Assembly: GCA_964389235.1 (NCBI GenBank)
Contig: CAYMDM010000003.1
Span: forward strand, 24,252-88,251
Reading direction: 5' to 3'
Length of the DNA: 64,000 bases
From: an uncultured Burkholderiaceae bacterium
Lineage (GTDB): Bacteria > Pseudomonadota > Gammaproteobacteria > Burkholderiales > Burkholderiaceae_C
Part shown: positions 31,927 to 40,089 of the stretch, piece after piece
How the letters are laid out: each line of letters starts with the position of its first letter
Position numbering within the stretch: the stretch's first letter is position 1
The notes under the pieces: generated by a model
Database searches by the model: none
What the model saw: only the letters and a program-made list of their open reading frames with translations
What the model was told of the DNA's origin: nothing
Translations under genes and position numbers: made by a program

Positions 31927-32322
31927 ATGCGTGCTGTTGCTTTGTCCCGTGCGGCGCTGAGCCTGCTGGCCACGCCGGTGTTTGCGTTGTCGATGGTCGC
32001 AGCGATGCCTGCGGCGCAGGCCGCCGAAATCACCCATGTGTGCGGCGGCGTGGGCGAAGGTGAACTCAAGGCGCTGGAAAAGCGTGGCCCTGAATTCAAC
32101 ATCGGCTTCTGGATGGTCAAGGGCCCGCGCGGTGAATACCTGGCCGATGTGCCAGTGCGCATCACCCAGAACGGCAAGACGGTCGCCGAGTTCACCGCCG
32201 GCGGGCCCCTTTGCTGGGTGAAGGCGCCGGCCGGCACCTACCAGATCCACGCCACCCATGACGGCGTGGCGCGCAGCGTGACCGTCAAGACCGGCGACAA
32301 GAACGTGTATCTGCGCTGGTGA
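31927..32322 (+). CDS. small secreted hypothetical protein (signal peptide plus beta-rich domain)
   Basis: AAGGAG lies 7 nt upstream of the ATG. Signal peptide ...AMPAAQA-AE. No recognisable catalytic motif. Confidence 0.55.
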   Translation: MRAVALSRAALSLLATPVFALSMVAAMPAAQAAEITHVCGGVGEGELKALEKRGPEFNIGFWMVKGPRGEYLADVPVRITQNGKTVAEFTAGGPLCWVKAPAGTYQIHATHDGVARSVTVKTGDKNVYLRW

Positions 32323-32341
32323 GTCGGCGCCCTTGCAAAGG

Positions 32342-32369
32342 AAAAGAGCAGCCCACAGGCTGCTCTTTT
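32342..32369. terminator. bidirectional rho-independent terminator between convergent genes
   Basis: AAAAGAGCAGCC-caca-GGCTGCTCTTTT: a perfect 12-bp stem with A/T runs on both sides. Confidence 0.8.
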
Positions 32370-32392
32370 CGCGCATCAGAAAAGCGACCCGA

Positions 32393-32980
32393 TCACAGCG
32401 GTCGGCTGATGACCACCGCGCCGCGCAGTTCGCCCGGCTTGTAGCCCACGGCCTTGTCGTGCGGGTACAGCTTGCTGAGCTGCTCGGCCACCGGCGCCGG
32501 GATGGTTTCGGCGCTGCCGTGGCAGGTCATGCACTGCGGTTGCAGCACGATGGCCTTGGCGTAGTGCAGCATCGGCTTGCCGTTTTCCTGCACGACCTCG
32601 GTCCATTCCAGGGTCTCCGGCTTGGCGCCGCTCTTGAGATCGGCGTTCAGATGGCCCAGCGCCTTGTGCTGCCAGACATTGGGCGTTCCAAGGTCGATGT
32701 TGCGCACCCGGGTACCGACACGGGTGATTTTCCAGCCGGTCTTGTCGGCCAGGTTCATCGCGATTTCGGGCGCGATCTTGTGGCACACGCCGATCGACCC
32801 GGCCGGGCCGTTTTCCTTCATGCTTTCCTGCAGCTTGCCCGACAGGGTCTTGAGCAGCTCCCCGGCGACGGCGCGGGTTTTCTGCAGTTCTTCGGCGGTG
32901 GGCGCGGTCTGCGCGCTGGCCGTAACCGGCAGGGCAAGCGCCGCGGCGACGGCGGCGAGGTGCAGCAGGGATGGCTTCAT
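32393..32980 (-). CDS. periplasmic c-type haem protein, DUF3365 (Tll0287-like) family
   Basis: ATG 32980 gives MKPSLLHLAAVAAALALPVTASA (signal peptide). Single CxxCH site (CMTCH) near the C-terminus. Confidence 0.65.
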   Translation of the reverse strand: MKPSLLHLAAVAAALALPVTASAQTAPTAEELQKTRAVAGELLKTLSGKLQESMKENGPAGSIGVCHKIAPEIAMNLADKTGWKITRVGTRVRNIDLGTPNVWQHKALGHLNADLKSGAKPETLEWTEVVQENGKPMLHYAKAIVLQPQCMTCHGSAETIPAPVAEQLSKLYPHDKAVGYKPGELRGAVVISRPL

Positions 32981-33130
32981 GGCTGGCTTTCTCCGGGGGT
33001 GGAAACAGGCCGCTGGGGCCCGGAAGGCCGGCATTATGAAACATTCGGTTACGTTCACGCCACCGCTTAGCGCGTTGCGGGGTTTTGGGCGTTGATGCCG
33101 CGCAAAAGTCCGCGCCGCATCCGCGCGGCA

Positions 33131-33916
33131 TCAGGTCGCAGCGGCGTTGCCCGGCGGGTCGAGGAAGCCGGCTGCACGCCAGGTCAGCACCAGGGTGTCG
33201 CGCCAGCCGGGTTCGCCCTCGCGCGCGGGCAGCACCGGGGTCGACTCGTGGATCACCCGGGCGTCGTCCATCAGCAGCGCGCTCCACGGCTGCTGCAGTG
33301 TGAACCGCACCCCGCGCTGGCCGTCGATTTCGAACACCCGGGTTTCACCGCCGCGAATGCCGTGGCGAGCGACAAGAATCACCGCGACGAAGTCCACCCC
33401 GTCGCGGTGCGCGCCCTCCGGGGTCGGCCGGCCGACGCCCTGCGCCGTGTCGATGCGGAACTGGTGCGCCTCGACAAACCAGCGCGGCACCGGGCGCAGC
33501 TGCGCAAACAGCCGGCCCAGTGCCTGCACCAGCGCCGCCCAGCAGGGTGCCTGCATCAGCGCCGGCGACAGCTCGGCGAAATGCCGCAGCATGCCGCCGT
33601 GCAGCGCGTTGTAGGCGGTAGGCTGCCAGTGCGGACGGTAGGGCACGGCGCGCAGGGTGTCACCGCCCGCGGCGAATTCGTGGATCAAGCTGCCGTGGCG
33701 GCGGAAGCGGTAGCGGCCGCCGTCTTTCAGGTAGTCATCCGGCGGCAGGTCATTCCACAGCGCCGCCAGCGCCGCGCAATCGCCGGCCAGTGGTCCGACG
33801 AGGGCTGACATCTCGGCTGCGTCGAGCACGGCAAAGCCTTCGCTGCGCAGCCGCGCAACGGCACTGCTGCCGGCGGGCAGCGGGGCGCCGAAGCTCAGGG
33901 TGGCGAAATCGTTCAT
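33131..33916 (-). CDS. 2OG-Fe(II) dioxygenase family protein (2OG-Fe_Oxy_2-like)
   Basis: ATG 33916 gives MNDFATLSF... Core ...EGAHRDGVDFVAVILVARHGIRGGETRVF... ...VIHESTPV (an HxD...H-type facial triad pattern). Confidence 0.6.
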   Translation of the reverse strand: MNDFATLSFGAPLPAGSSAVARLRSEGFAVLDAAEMSALVGPLAGDCAALAALWNDLPPDDYLKDGGRYRFRRHGSLIHEFAAGGDTLRAVPYRPHWQPTAYNALHGGMLRHFAELSPALMQAPCWAALVQALGRLFAQLRPVPRWFVEAHQFRIDTAQGVGRPTPEGAHRDGVDFVAVILVARHGIRGGETRVFEIDGQRGVRFTLQQPWSALLMDDARVIHESTPVLPAREGEPGWRDTLVLTWRAAGFLDPPGNAAAT

Positions 33917-33964
33917 ATTCGGGTGGCGGTGCCGCAGGGCCGCGGTGTCGCGGCACACAGCGGT

Positions 33965-35734
33965 TCACTTGCCCCAGCTGTCCTTGAGGGTGACGGCGCG
34001 GTTGAACACCGCGTGACTGGCAGCATGGTCAACGGCGTCGGCAACGAAGTAGCCATGCCGCTCGAACTGGAACACCGTGCCGGCCGGCGCGGTGGCGGCT
34101 GCCGGCTCGACCCAGGCCGTGATTCTGCGCAGGCTGTGTGGGTTGAGCACCGACAGAAAGTCGCGCGCGCCCGCGTCGGGCTGCGGCTCGGTGAACAGCC
34201 GGTCGTACAGCCGCACTTCGGCGGCGATGCCCTCGCTGGCACTGACCCAGGTGATCACGCCCTTGACCTTGACCGCGTCGGCCCCCGGCGTGCCACTTTT
34301 GGTGTCGGGGACGATATCGGCATGGACTTCGACCACCTCGCCGGCTGCATTTCTGCTGCACCCGGTGCAGCGCACCACATAGCCGTATTTCAGCCGCGCC
34401 ATGCCGCCCGGGGTGAGACGGTGGTAGCCCTTGGGCGGGTTTTCGGCGAAGTCTTCGGCTTCGATCCACACCTCGCGGGTGAGATGAAATCGCCGCTTGC
34501 CGCGCTCGGCATGCGCCGGATGCACCGGCGCTTCGCACGGCTCGGCGTGGGCTTCGCTGCCAAAAACCTCGGCCCAGTTGCGCAGCACCAGCTTGACGGG
34601 GTCGAGTACGGCCATTGCCCGCGGCGCGGTGGGCTCCAGGTCGTCGCGCAGCGCGCCTTCGAGCACGCCGTAGTCGATCCATGAATCGGCCTTGCTCACG
34701 CCGATGCGCTCGGCAAACAGCCGAAGGCTCGATGGCGTGTAGCCACGGCGGCGCAGCCCGGCGATGGTCGGCAGCCGCGGATCGTCCCAGCCCGCGACAT
34801 GCCCTTCGCCGACCAGCTGCGCCAGCTTGCGCTTGCTCGTCACCACGTAGCTGAGGTTCAGCCGCGCGAATTCATGCTGATGGGGCAGCGGCCGCGCCAG
34901 CAGACCGAGGTTGGCCAGGTGGTCGAGCAGCCAGTCGTAAAACGGCCGCTGATCCTCGAACTCCAGGGTGCAGATGCTGTGGGTGATGCGCTCGAGCGCA
35001 TCCTCGATCGGGTGCGCGAAGGTGTACATCGGGTAGATGCACCACGCATCCCCGGTGCGGTGATGGTGCGCGAACCGGATGCGGTAAATCACCGGGTCGC
35101 GCAGGTTGATGTTGGGCGAGGCCATGTCGATCTTGGCCCGCAGCACCAAGCTGCCCTCGGCGTGCAACCCGGCACGCATCTCCTCGAACAACCGCCGGTT
35201 TTCCGCCACAGGCCGGTTGCGCCACGGGCTGTCGACCCCGGGTTCGGTCAGGGTGCCGCGGTTGCGACGCATGTCCTCGGGCGACTGTGCGTCGACATAC
35301 GCCAGCCCGGCATCGATCAGCGCCAGCGCGCAGCGGTACATGGTGTCGAAGTAGTCGCTGGCGAAGTATTCATGCGACCCGCCGCCGGCCACCCAGTCGA
35401 AGCCGAGCCAGTGCACCGCATCGCGGATGGCGCGCACGTATTCGTCGTTTTCCTTCTCCGGGTTGGTGTCGTCAAAGCGCAGATGGCAGACGCCACCGTA
35501 GTCCTGCGCCAGCCCGAAGTTCAGGCAGATGCTCTTGGCGTGGCCGATGTGCAGATAGCCGTTGGGCTCGGGCGGGAAACGAGTGCGGATGCGCGCGGCG
35601 TCGAGCGGCGCGTCGGCCAGCTGCGCCGCATCGCCCGGCACACCGGCGAAACGCCGCCCCGCATCGCGCCCGCTGGCCAGATCGGCCTCGATGATCTGGC
35701 GCAGGAAGTTGGAGGGTTTTTCAGTGGAGGTCAT
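33965..35734 (-). CDS. glnS: glutamine--tRNA ligase
   Basis: ATG 35734 gives MTSTEKPSNFLRQIIEADLASG...RTRFPPEPNGYLHIGHAKSI (HIGH), with VTSKRKL (KMSKS-type) further on. Confidence 0.95.
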   Translation of the reverse strand: MTSTEKPSNFLRQIIEADLASGRDAGRRFAGVPGDAAQLADAPLDAARIRTRFPPEPNGYLHIGHAKSICLNFGLAQDYGGVCHLRFDDTNPEKENDEYVRAIRDAVHWLGFDWVAGGGSHEYFASDYFDTMYRCALALIDAGLAYVDAQSPEDMRRNRGTLTEPGVDSPWRNRPVAENRRLFEEMRAGLHAEGSLVLRAKIDMASPNINLRDPVIYRIRFAHHHRTGDAWCIYPMYTFAHPIEDALERITHSICTLEFEDQRPFYDWLLDHLANLGLLARPLPHQHEFARLNLSYVVTSKRKLAQLVGEGHVAGWDDPRLPTIAGLRRRGYTPSSLRLFAERIGVSKADSWIDYGVLEGALRDDLEPTAPRAMAVLDPVKLVLRNWAEVFGSEAHAEPCEAPVHPAHAERGKRRFHLTREVWIEAEDFAENPPKGYHRLTPGGMARLKYGYVVRCTGCSRNAAGEVVEVHADIVPDTKSGTPGADAVKVKGVITWVSASEGIAAEVRLYDRLFTEPQPDAGARDFLSVLNPHSLRRITAWVEPAAATAPAGTVFQFERHGYFVADAVDHAASHAVFNRAVTLKDSWGK

Positions 35735-35834
35735 GATCGGAGGAAAAGCTCGCATCGCGGCGCACGGCCGGGCGAAAGCCGCATTTTCGGTCATGACGGT
35801 CGCCGCCGCCTTGGGCGTCGGCGGGACACGGTAT

Positions 35835-36350
35835 TCAGTCCGCGCCGTTCGCAGGCGGTTGCGCTTGCAGCAACTGGCCGCGCGGCGCCTTCACGATAAG
35901 CACCTCCATCTGTGCGAGCTCACCTTGTGCATCGGAAACCGTCGCGGACACGGCGGCAGCCTGCGGCGACATCTGCCGGGAGCGGGTGTCGATGCGAACC
36001 GGGACATCCACTGCAACGGCCCGCCGAAAGGTGCACTTGCGCACCCCGGCCAGGACGCCGACGTGGTCGGCATCGAGTTCGGCCCTGTCGTCGCCGACCA
36101 GCATGCCGGCGCCTGCGACCTGCGCGACGGCCTCGATCAGGAACACGCCGGGCACCAGCGGCATGCCCGGGAAATGTCCCTGCAGAATCTGCATCTGAGC
36201 CGGCCAACAGGCCTCGCCGATGAAATGCGCGTTGCTCAGCACCTTGACACGGCGCACGAACAGAATGTCCCCGCGATGCGGAATCAGGGACTGGAGGTCG
36301 CGCAGACCGAGTTCGATGGGGAACTGTCGCGGACGGCGGGCAGGCGTCAT
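35835..36350 (-). CDS. FabZ/FabA-like hotdog 3-hydroxyacyl-ACP dehydratase
   Basis: Internal ATG 36350 gives MTPARRPRQF... Motif LIPHRGDILFV ... GHFPGMPLVPGVFLIEAVAQ. Confidence 0.75.
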   Translation of the reverse strand: MTPARRPRQFPIELGLRDLQSLIPHRGDILFVRRVKVLSNAHFIGEACWPAQMQILQGHFPGMPLVPGVFLIEAVAQVAGAGMLVGDDRAELDADHVGVLAGVRKCTFRRAVAVDVPVRIDTRSRQMSPQAAAVSATVSDAQGELAQMEVLIVKAPRGQLLQAQPPANGAD

Positions 36351-36429
36351 GCAGAAGCTCTCGCTGAGGCGGCTGGCAATCGCACAGCCGGCGTCGACGG
36401 CACCCTCACCACACCGCGCTGCGTGCGGC

Positions 36430-37152
36430 TCACGGGCATTGCCCTCCGGCCCGCACCCGCCGCCCCCACGCGGCCGGCACCAACAGTCGGCTCTGCGACA
36501 ACACCGCCCCGACCGCACCGAGCGGCGCGCCGCCCAGCACGTCGAGCAGCACATGCTGCTTGACTGCCATGGTCGAGTAGACGATGAGCCCACACCAGAT
36601 CACGCTGAAAGCGCGTGAGAGCGTGCCAAAACCCAGCCGCGGCAGCACGCGATCTAGCCAGATCGCGGCGAACACTGCCGTGGCGACGTGCAGCGAGGGG
36701 CAGGCGTTGCCCGAGGCGTCGATTCCGCGCAGCATCTCGAACCCGGGGGCGGAGGAGTAATCCAGCGCCATCGACGGCACGGCCGTGGGCCAGAAATAAA
36801 AAATGGTGAGACCGGCCAAGCACACCCCGCTGATGCCGACGCCGAAGCGCACGAGTTCGCTGCGGGAGGTCATCAGCGTGGGCGGCAGGCAGACGTAGAA
36901 CCAGAGCGACAGGTAAAGCGGCAACGCCCAGGGCTGAAATCCGATCCAGCGATCGATGGCCGTCAGCGGCATCAGGGTGACGGGGAATGCCGGATGGCGA
37001 AGCAAATGAAAGTAGGCGACGAAAAAACTCGTCATGATCGCGGTGGTGCCGATGGCCTTGAGCCAGAAATGCGTCCCGGCGATGCGCAGCAGATCACGCA
37101 TGCCGGGACGGCCGACCGGCGATTGGCGACGTGGGTTCTGGCTGCCGGTCAT
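36430..37152 (-). CDS. PAP2-superfamily integral membrane protein (lipid phosphate phosphatase/phosphotransferase type)
   Basis: Polytopic. C2-like PSLH and C3-like STMAVKQHVLLDVLGG motifs. No KxxxxxxRP (C1) motif seen. ATGA overlap with the upstream KS stop. Confidence 0.7.
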   Translation of the reverse strand: MTGSQNPRRQSPVGRPGMRDLLRIAGTHFWLKAIGTTAIMTSFFVAYFHLLRHPAFPVTLMPLTAIDRWIGFQPWALPLYLSLWFYVCLPPTLMTSRSELVRFGVGISGVCLAGLTIFYFWPTAVPSMALDYSSAPGFEMLRGIDASGNACPSLHVATAVFAAIWLDRVLPRLGFGTLSRAFSVIWCGLIVYSTMAVKQHVLLDVLGGAPLGAVGAVLSQSRLLVPAAWGRRVRAGGQCP

Positions 37153-38471
37153 GTCGGCTGAGCCGGCGGCGACTGCGCGTCAGTCACCCGCCGCGCGATC
37201 AGACACGCATTGCTGCCGCCGAACGCAAAGGAGTTGGACAGCACCGCGTCGACCCGGCGATCACGCCACGCCTCACGCCCGATCAGATTGATCTCGCAGC
37301 GGGGATCGGGCTGCTCCAGGGTTGCGTTGGGCGGCAGGGTCGAGTGGCGCATGGCCTCGATCGCGAGGATGAGTTCGACCACGCCCCCGGCGCCGATCAA
37401 GTGGCCATGCACCGCCTTGGTCGAGCTGACCGCCGGGCCGCTGCCGCCGCGGCCGAAAACCGCCGCGAGCGACTCGGCCTCGACGAGGTCGCCCGCATCG
37501 GTCGCGGTGCCGTGGGCGTTGACATAGCCGATGTCCTGCGGCTGCAGCCCCGCACTGTCCAGCGCCTGCCGCAGCGCGGCCACTTGCCCGGACACCGAAG
37601 GCGCGGTGAGGTGATGCGCGTCGCTGCTGGCGCCGTAGCCGGCAATCTCGGCCAGGGCATCCACGCCCCGCTCGCGGGCATGCGCCTCGCTCTCGATCAT
37701 CATCGCCCCTGCGCCCTCCCCCAGCACGAAGCCGTTGCGCCGCACATCGAACGGTCGGCAACTGGCCGCCGGGTCCGCCGCATCGGGCCGGGCCATGACC
37801 CGCAGCGCGTTCCACGCCACCATCGCCCCTGGCGTGAGCATGGCCTCGGAGCCGATCACCACCGCTGCATCCAGGTAGCCGTGGCGAACAGCGCGAAACG
37901 CCTCGCCCACGGCGATCGCCGAGGAAGCGCAGGCCACAGAGTAGGTGTTGCCCATGCCGCGCAGGCCGTAGCGCATCGACACCAGCGCCTGCGCCGAATT
38001 GGCCATCAACCGCGGCACCGTCAAGGGGTGGATGACGGTGGCCCGACGCCGCCCGGCTTCATCGCCGAACAGCAGGGTGAAGTAGCGCGTGAACATCGCG
38101 TCCAGGGTCTGCGCGCCACCAAACCCGATGCCGGCGAACACGCCGACGCGCTCCGGGCGCGGCAGACCGTCTGCGGCGCGCGCCTGCTCCGCGGCCTGCG
38201 CGGCGGCCACCAGGGCAAACTGGGTCGCGCGATCGAGGCCGGCATCGGTCGCGCCGAGCAGAGCCTGCGGATCGGCGCTGGCCGGCGCCCACAACAGATG
38301 AGGGATGCCTGCGCACTGTTCGGCTGGCGCCGGGCACACCCCGCTTCTCCCGGCAACCGCCGCGGCAAAACTCGGGGCAACGCCAACGCCGAGTGGGCCG
38401 ATCAGCCCCATGCCGGTGACCACGATCTTTGATGCGCGACCGTGCGGCGCTGCGGAATAGTGCGGCTCCAC
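37149..38471 (-). CDS. beta-ketoacyl-ACP synthase (FabF/KS II-like), catalytic triad intact
   Basis: Cys in SVACASS, His in AHHLTAP, His in NAHGTAT, then NSFAFGGSN. GTG start at 38471. Confidence 0.9.
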   Translation of the reverse strand: MEPHYSAAPHGRASKIVVTGMGLIGPLGVGVAPSFAAAVAGRSGVCPAPAEQCAGIPHLLWAPASADPQALLGATDAGLDRATQFALVAAAQAAEQARAADGLPRPERVGVFAGIGFGGAQTLDAMFTRYFTLLFGDEAGRRRATVIHPLTVPRLMANSAQALVSMRYGLRGMGNTYSVACASSAIAVGEAFRAVRHGYLDAAVVIGSEAMLTPGAMVAWNALRVMARPDAADPAASCRPFDVRRNGFVLGEGAGAMMIESEAHARERGVDALAEIAGYGASSDAHHLTAPSVSGQVAALRQALDSAGLQPQDIGYVNAHGTATDAGDLVEAESLAAVFGRGGSGPAVSSTKAVHGHLIGAGGVVELILAIEAMRHSTLPPNATLEQPDPRCEINLIGREAWRDRRVDAVLSNSFAFGGSNACLIARRVTDAQSPPAQPT

Positions 38472-38482
38472 GCCTCGCCCGC

Positions 38483-38770
38483 TCAGGAGTGAGTGGGCGC
38501 AGTCAGCGACTGCAGATCGGGCAATTCCCCGCCGTTGTGCGCGCGGATTTCGGCTTCGATCGCCGCGACCATTTCGCGAAAACGCATGCTCTGAAAGCGC
38601 ATCGGATCAGCGAGCTGAAAGCCGAAACGGTCTTCGATTTCGAACAGCATTTCCACCAGCCCCAGCGAGTCCAGGCCGAGATCGGCGACCGCCAGTTCGG
38701 GGTTGTCGAATTTCGCGGGGTCGACCTTGGCGTGGCTGATCAGATAGTTCTGGATGACCGGCTCCAGCAT
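38483..38770 (-). CDS. acyl carrier protein
   Basis: Internal ATG 38770 gives MLEPVIQNYL... Phosphopantetheine site DLGLDSLGLVEM. 95 aa. Confidence 0.8.
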   Translation of the reverse strand: MLEPVIQNYLISHAKVDPAKFDNPELAVADLGLDSLGLVEMLFEIEDRFGFQLADPMRFQSMRFREMVAAIEAEIRAHNGGELPDLQSLTAPTHS

Positions 38771-39076
38771 GCTGCTTCCTTCGAAACTCAGACTGAGGGG
38801 TTTGACCGGCCCCGAGGCCGATGAGGCCTGCAGCGGTGTTCGAGGACTAAACAACCTCAAGGAGGCCGGATGGCCCGCCGATGCTAACAGCGGGCATCGA
38901 ATTTCCAGAATTTACCGCCATGACGTTGCCCGCTCGCTACAGCGCGCCTGCCAACAATTCACGCTTCCTCACAATCAGCGCCGATGCGGCCGCAGAAAGG
39001 CCCGTGCAACCCGGCCTGACGCTTATCATTACCGGTTGATTTCGTTGGTTTTTCTGCCGCAGCGCACTCCCCAGAC

Positions 39077-39367
39077 ATGGCTTCTCAGACTTTGCCGCCG
39101 CCGACCGCCGATTCGTCCTTCGTGCAGGAACTCGGCCAGCTCATCATCGACACCCTGGGATTGGACGCATCAGCGGCCGAAATCGACCCCACCGCCCCGC
39201 TTTATGGCGACGGACTGGGGCTGGATTCCATCGACATCCTGGAGATCGCGATGGTCATCTCCAAAACCTACGGCGTGCAGTTGCGTGCCGATGACGCCGA
39301 CAACCACCGCATTTTCAGTTCGCTGCAGCACCTCGCCGACCACGTCGCGGCGCTGAGGGCGCGCTGA
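39077..39367 (+). CDS. acyl carrier protein (aryl-polyene ACP type)
   Basis: 96 aa, GLGLDSIDILEI Ser motif, first gene of the plus-strand operon. Confidence 0.85.
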   Translation: MASQTLPPPTADSSFVQELGQLIIDTLGLDASAAEIDPTAPLYGDGLGLDSIDILEIAMVISKTYGVQLRADDADNHRIFSSLQHLADHVAALRAR

Positions 39368-40089
39368 TGTCCTGGCGCTGGCCCGTTGCGCTTCGCGGCG
39401 CGGTGGCGCTCGGCATCGTCGCCTATCCCGCGATCGCGATCTGGAGCAGCAGCAAGCCCGAATGGCGTCTGCTCGCCTCGGCGCTGGCCTGGTCACCCCT
39501 CGCCCTCGCCGGCCTGTGGATGCTCTGGCGCAGTCGCGCCCGGCGCTGGCTGGCACCGTTGCTCCTTGCGGGTGTGCTGCTGCTCTGGGCCTTGCGCGCC
39601 GAATTGCTGGCGCATTACGCCTGGGCCTACCTAGTCGAGCACGCCGGCAGTCTGATTGTCTTCGGGCTGGTGTTCGGCAGCACCCTGCGCTCGGGGCAGA
39701 CGCCCCTGATCACGCGCTTTGCCGCGATGGTGCGCAAGAGCGTCTCGCCGGCGGTGGCGCGCTACACCCGCGGCGTCACCTGGGCTTGGACGCTGTTCTT
39801 CGGCGTGATGGCGCTGGCTTCCATTTTCCTGTTTCTCACCGTATCGCTGGCGGACTGGGCGCTGTTCGCCAGCGTGTGGACACCCGCTCTGGTCGTTGCC
39901 ATGTTCATCGCCGAGTATGCGATGCGCTGCCGCATACTCGACCGCGGCGACCATTCCGGGCCTTATGAAGCCGTGCGCGCCTATCTGCTCTACCGCAATG
40001 AGGCGGCATCGGCCCCATCGACGACAACGCAGAGCCGCGGCACGACCGCGCCGTCGATCGGGGCCACGCCCTCGGAGGTCGGCCGGTGA
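39367..40089 (+). CDS. integral membrane protein of aryl-polyene clusters (ApeG/COG4648-like)
   Basis: About 6 predicted helices. The position between ACP and AMP ligase matches ape/xan clusters. The start overlaps the ACP stop (TGATG). Confidence 0.6.
   Translation: MSWRWPVALRGAVALGIVAYPAIAIWSSSKPEWRLLASALAWSPLALAGLWMLWRSRARRWLAPLLLAGVLLLWALRAELLAHYAWAYLVEHAGSLIVFGLVFGSTLRSGQTPLITRFAAMVRKSVSPAVARYTRGVTWAWTLFFGVMALASIFLFLTVSLADWALFASVWTPALVVAMFIAEYAMRCRILDRGDHSGPYEAVRAYLLYRNEAASAPSTTTQSRGTTAPSIGATPSEVGR

Noticed and set aside
36430-37152. The PAP2 protein might be a vanadium haloperoxidase-type enzyme, given the halogenated-pigment context.
   Set aside because: It is a small polytopic membrane protein with only the lipid-phosphatase-like C2/C3 motifs. 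A dedicated flavin halogenase is already encoded in the cluster. A lipid head-group role is more plausible.
38771-38860. N-terminal extensions suggested by the track for several genes: ACP 38483-38860, pnp, rpsO, glnS, tsaD, lolC, hsp20, the halogenase and the chorismatase.
   Set aside because: In each case an internal ATG or GTG reproduces the canonical family N-terminus and/or abuts the upstream stop codon. The extensions are Arg/Ala-rich and overlap neighbouring genes or terminators.
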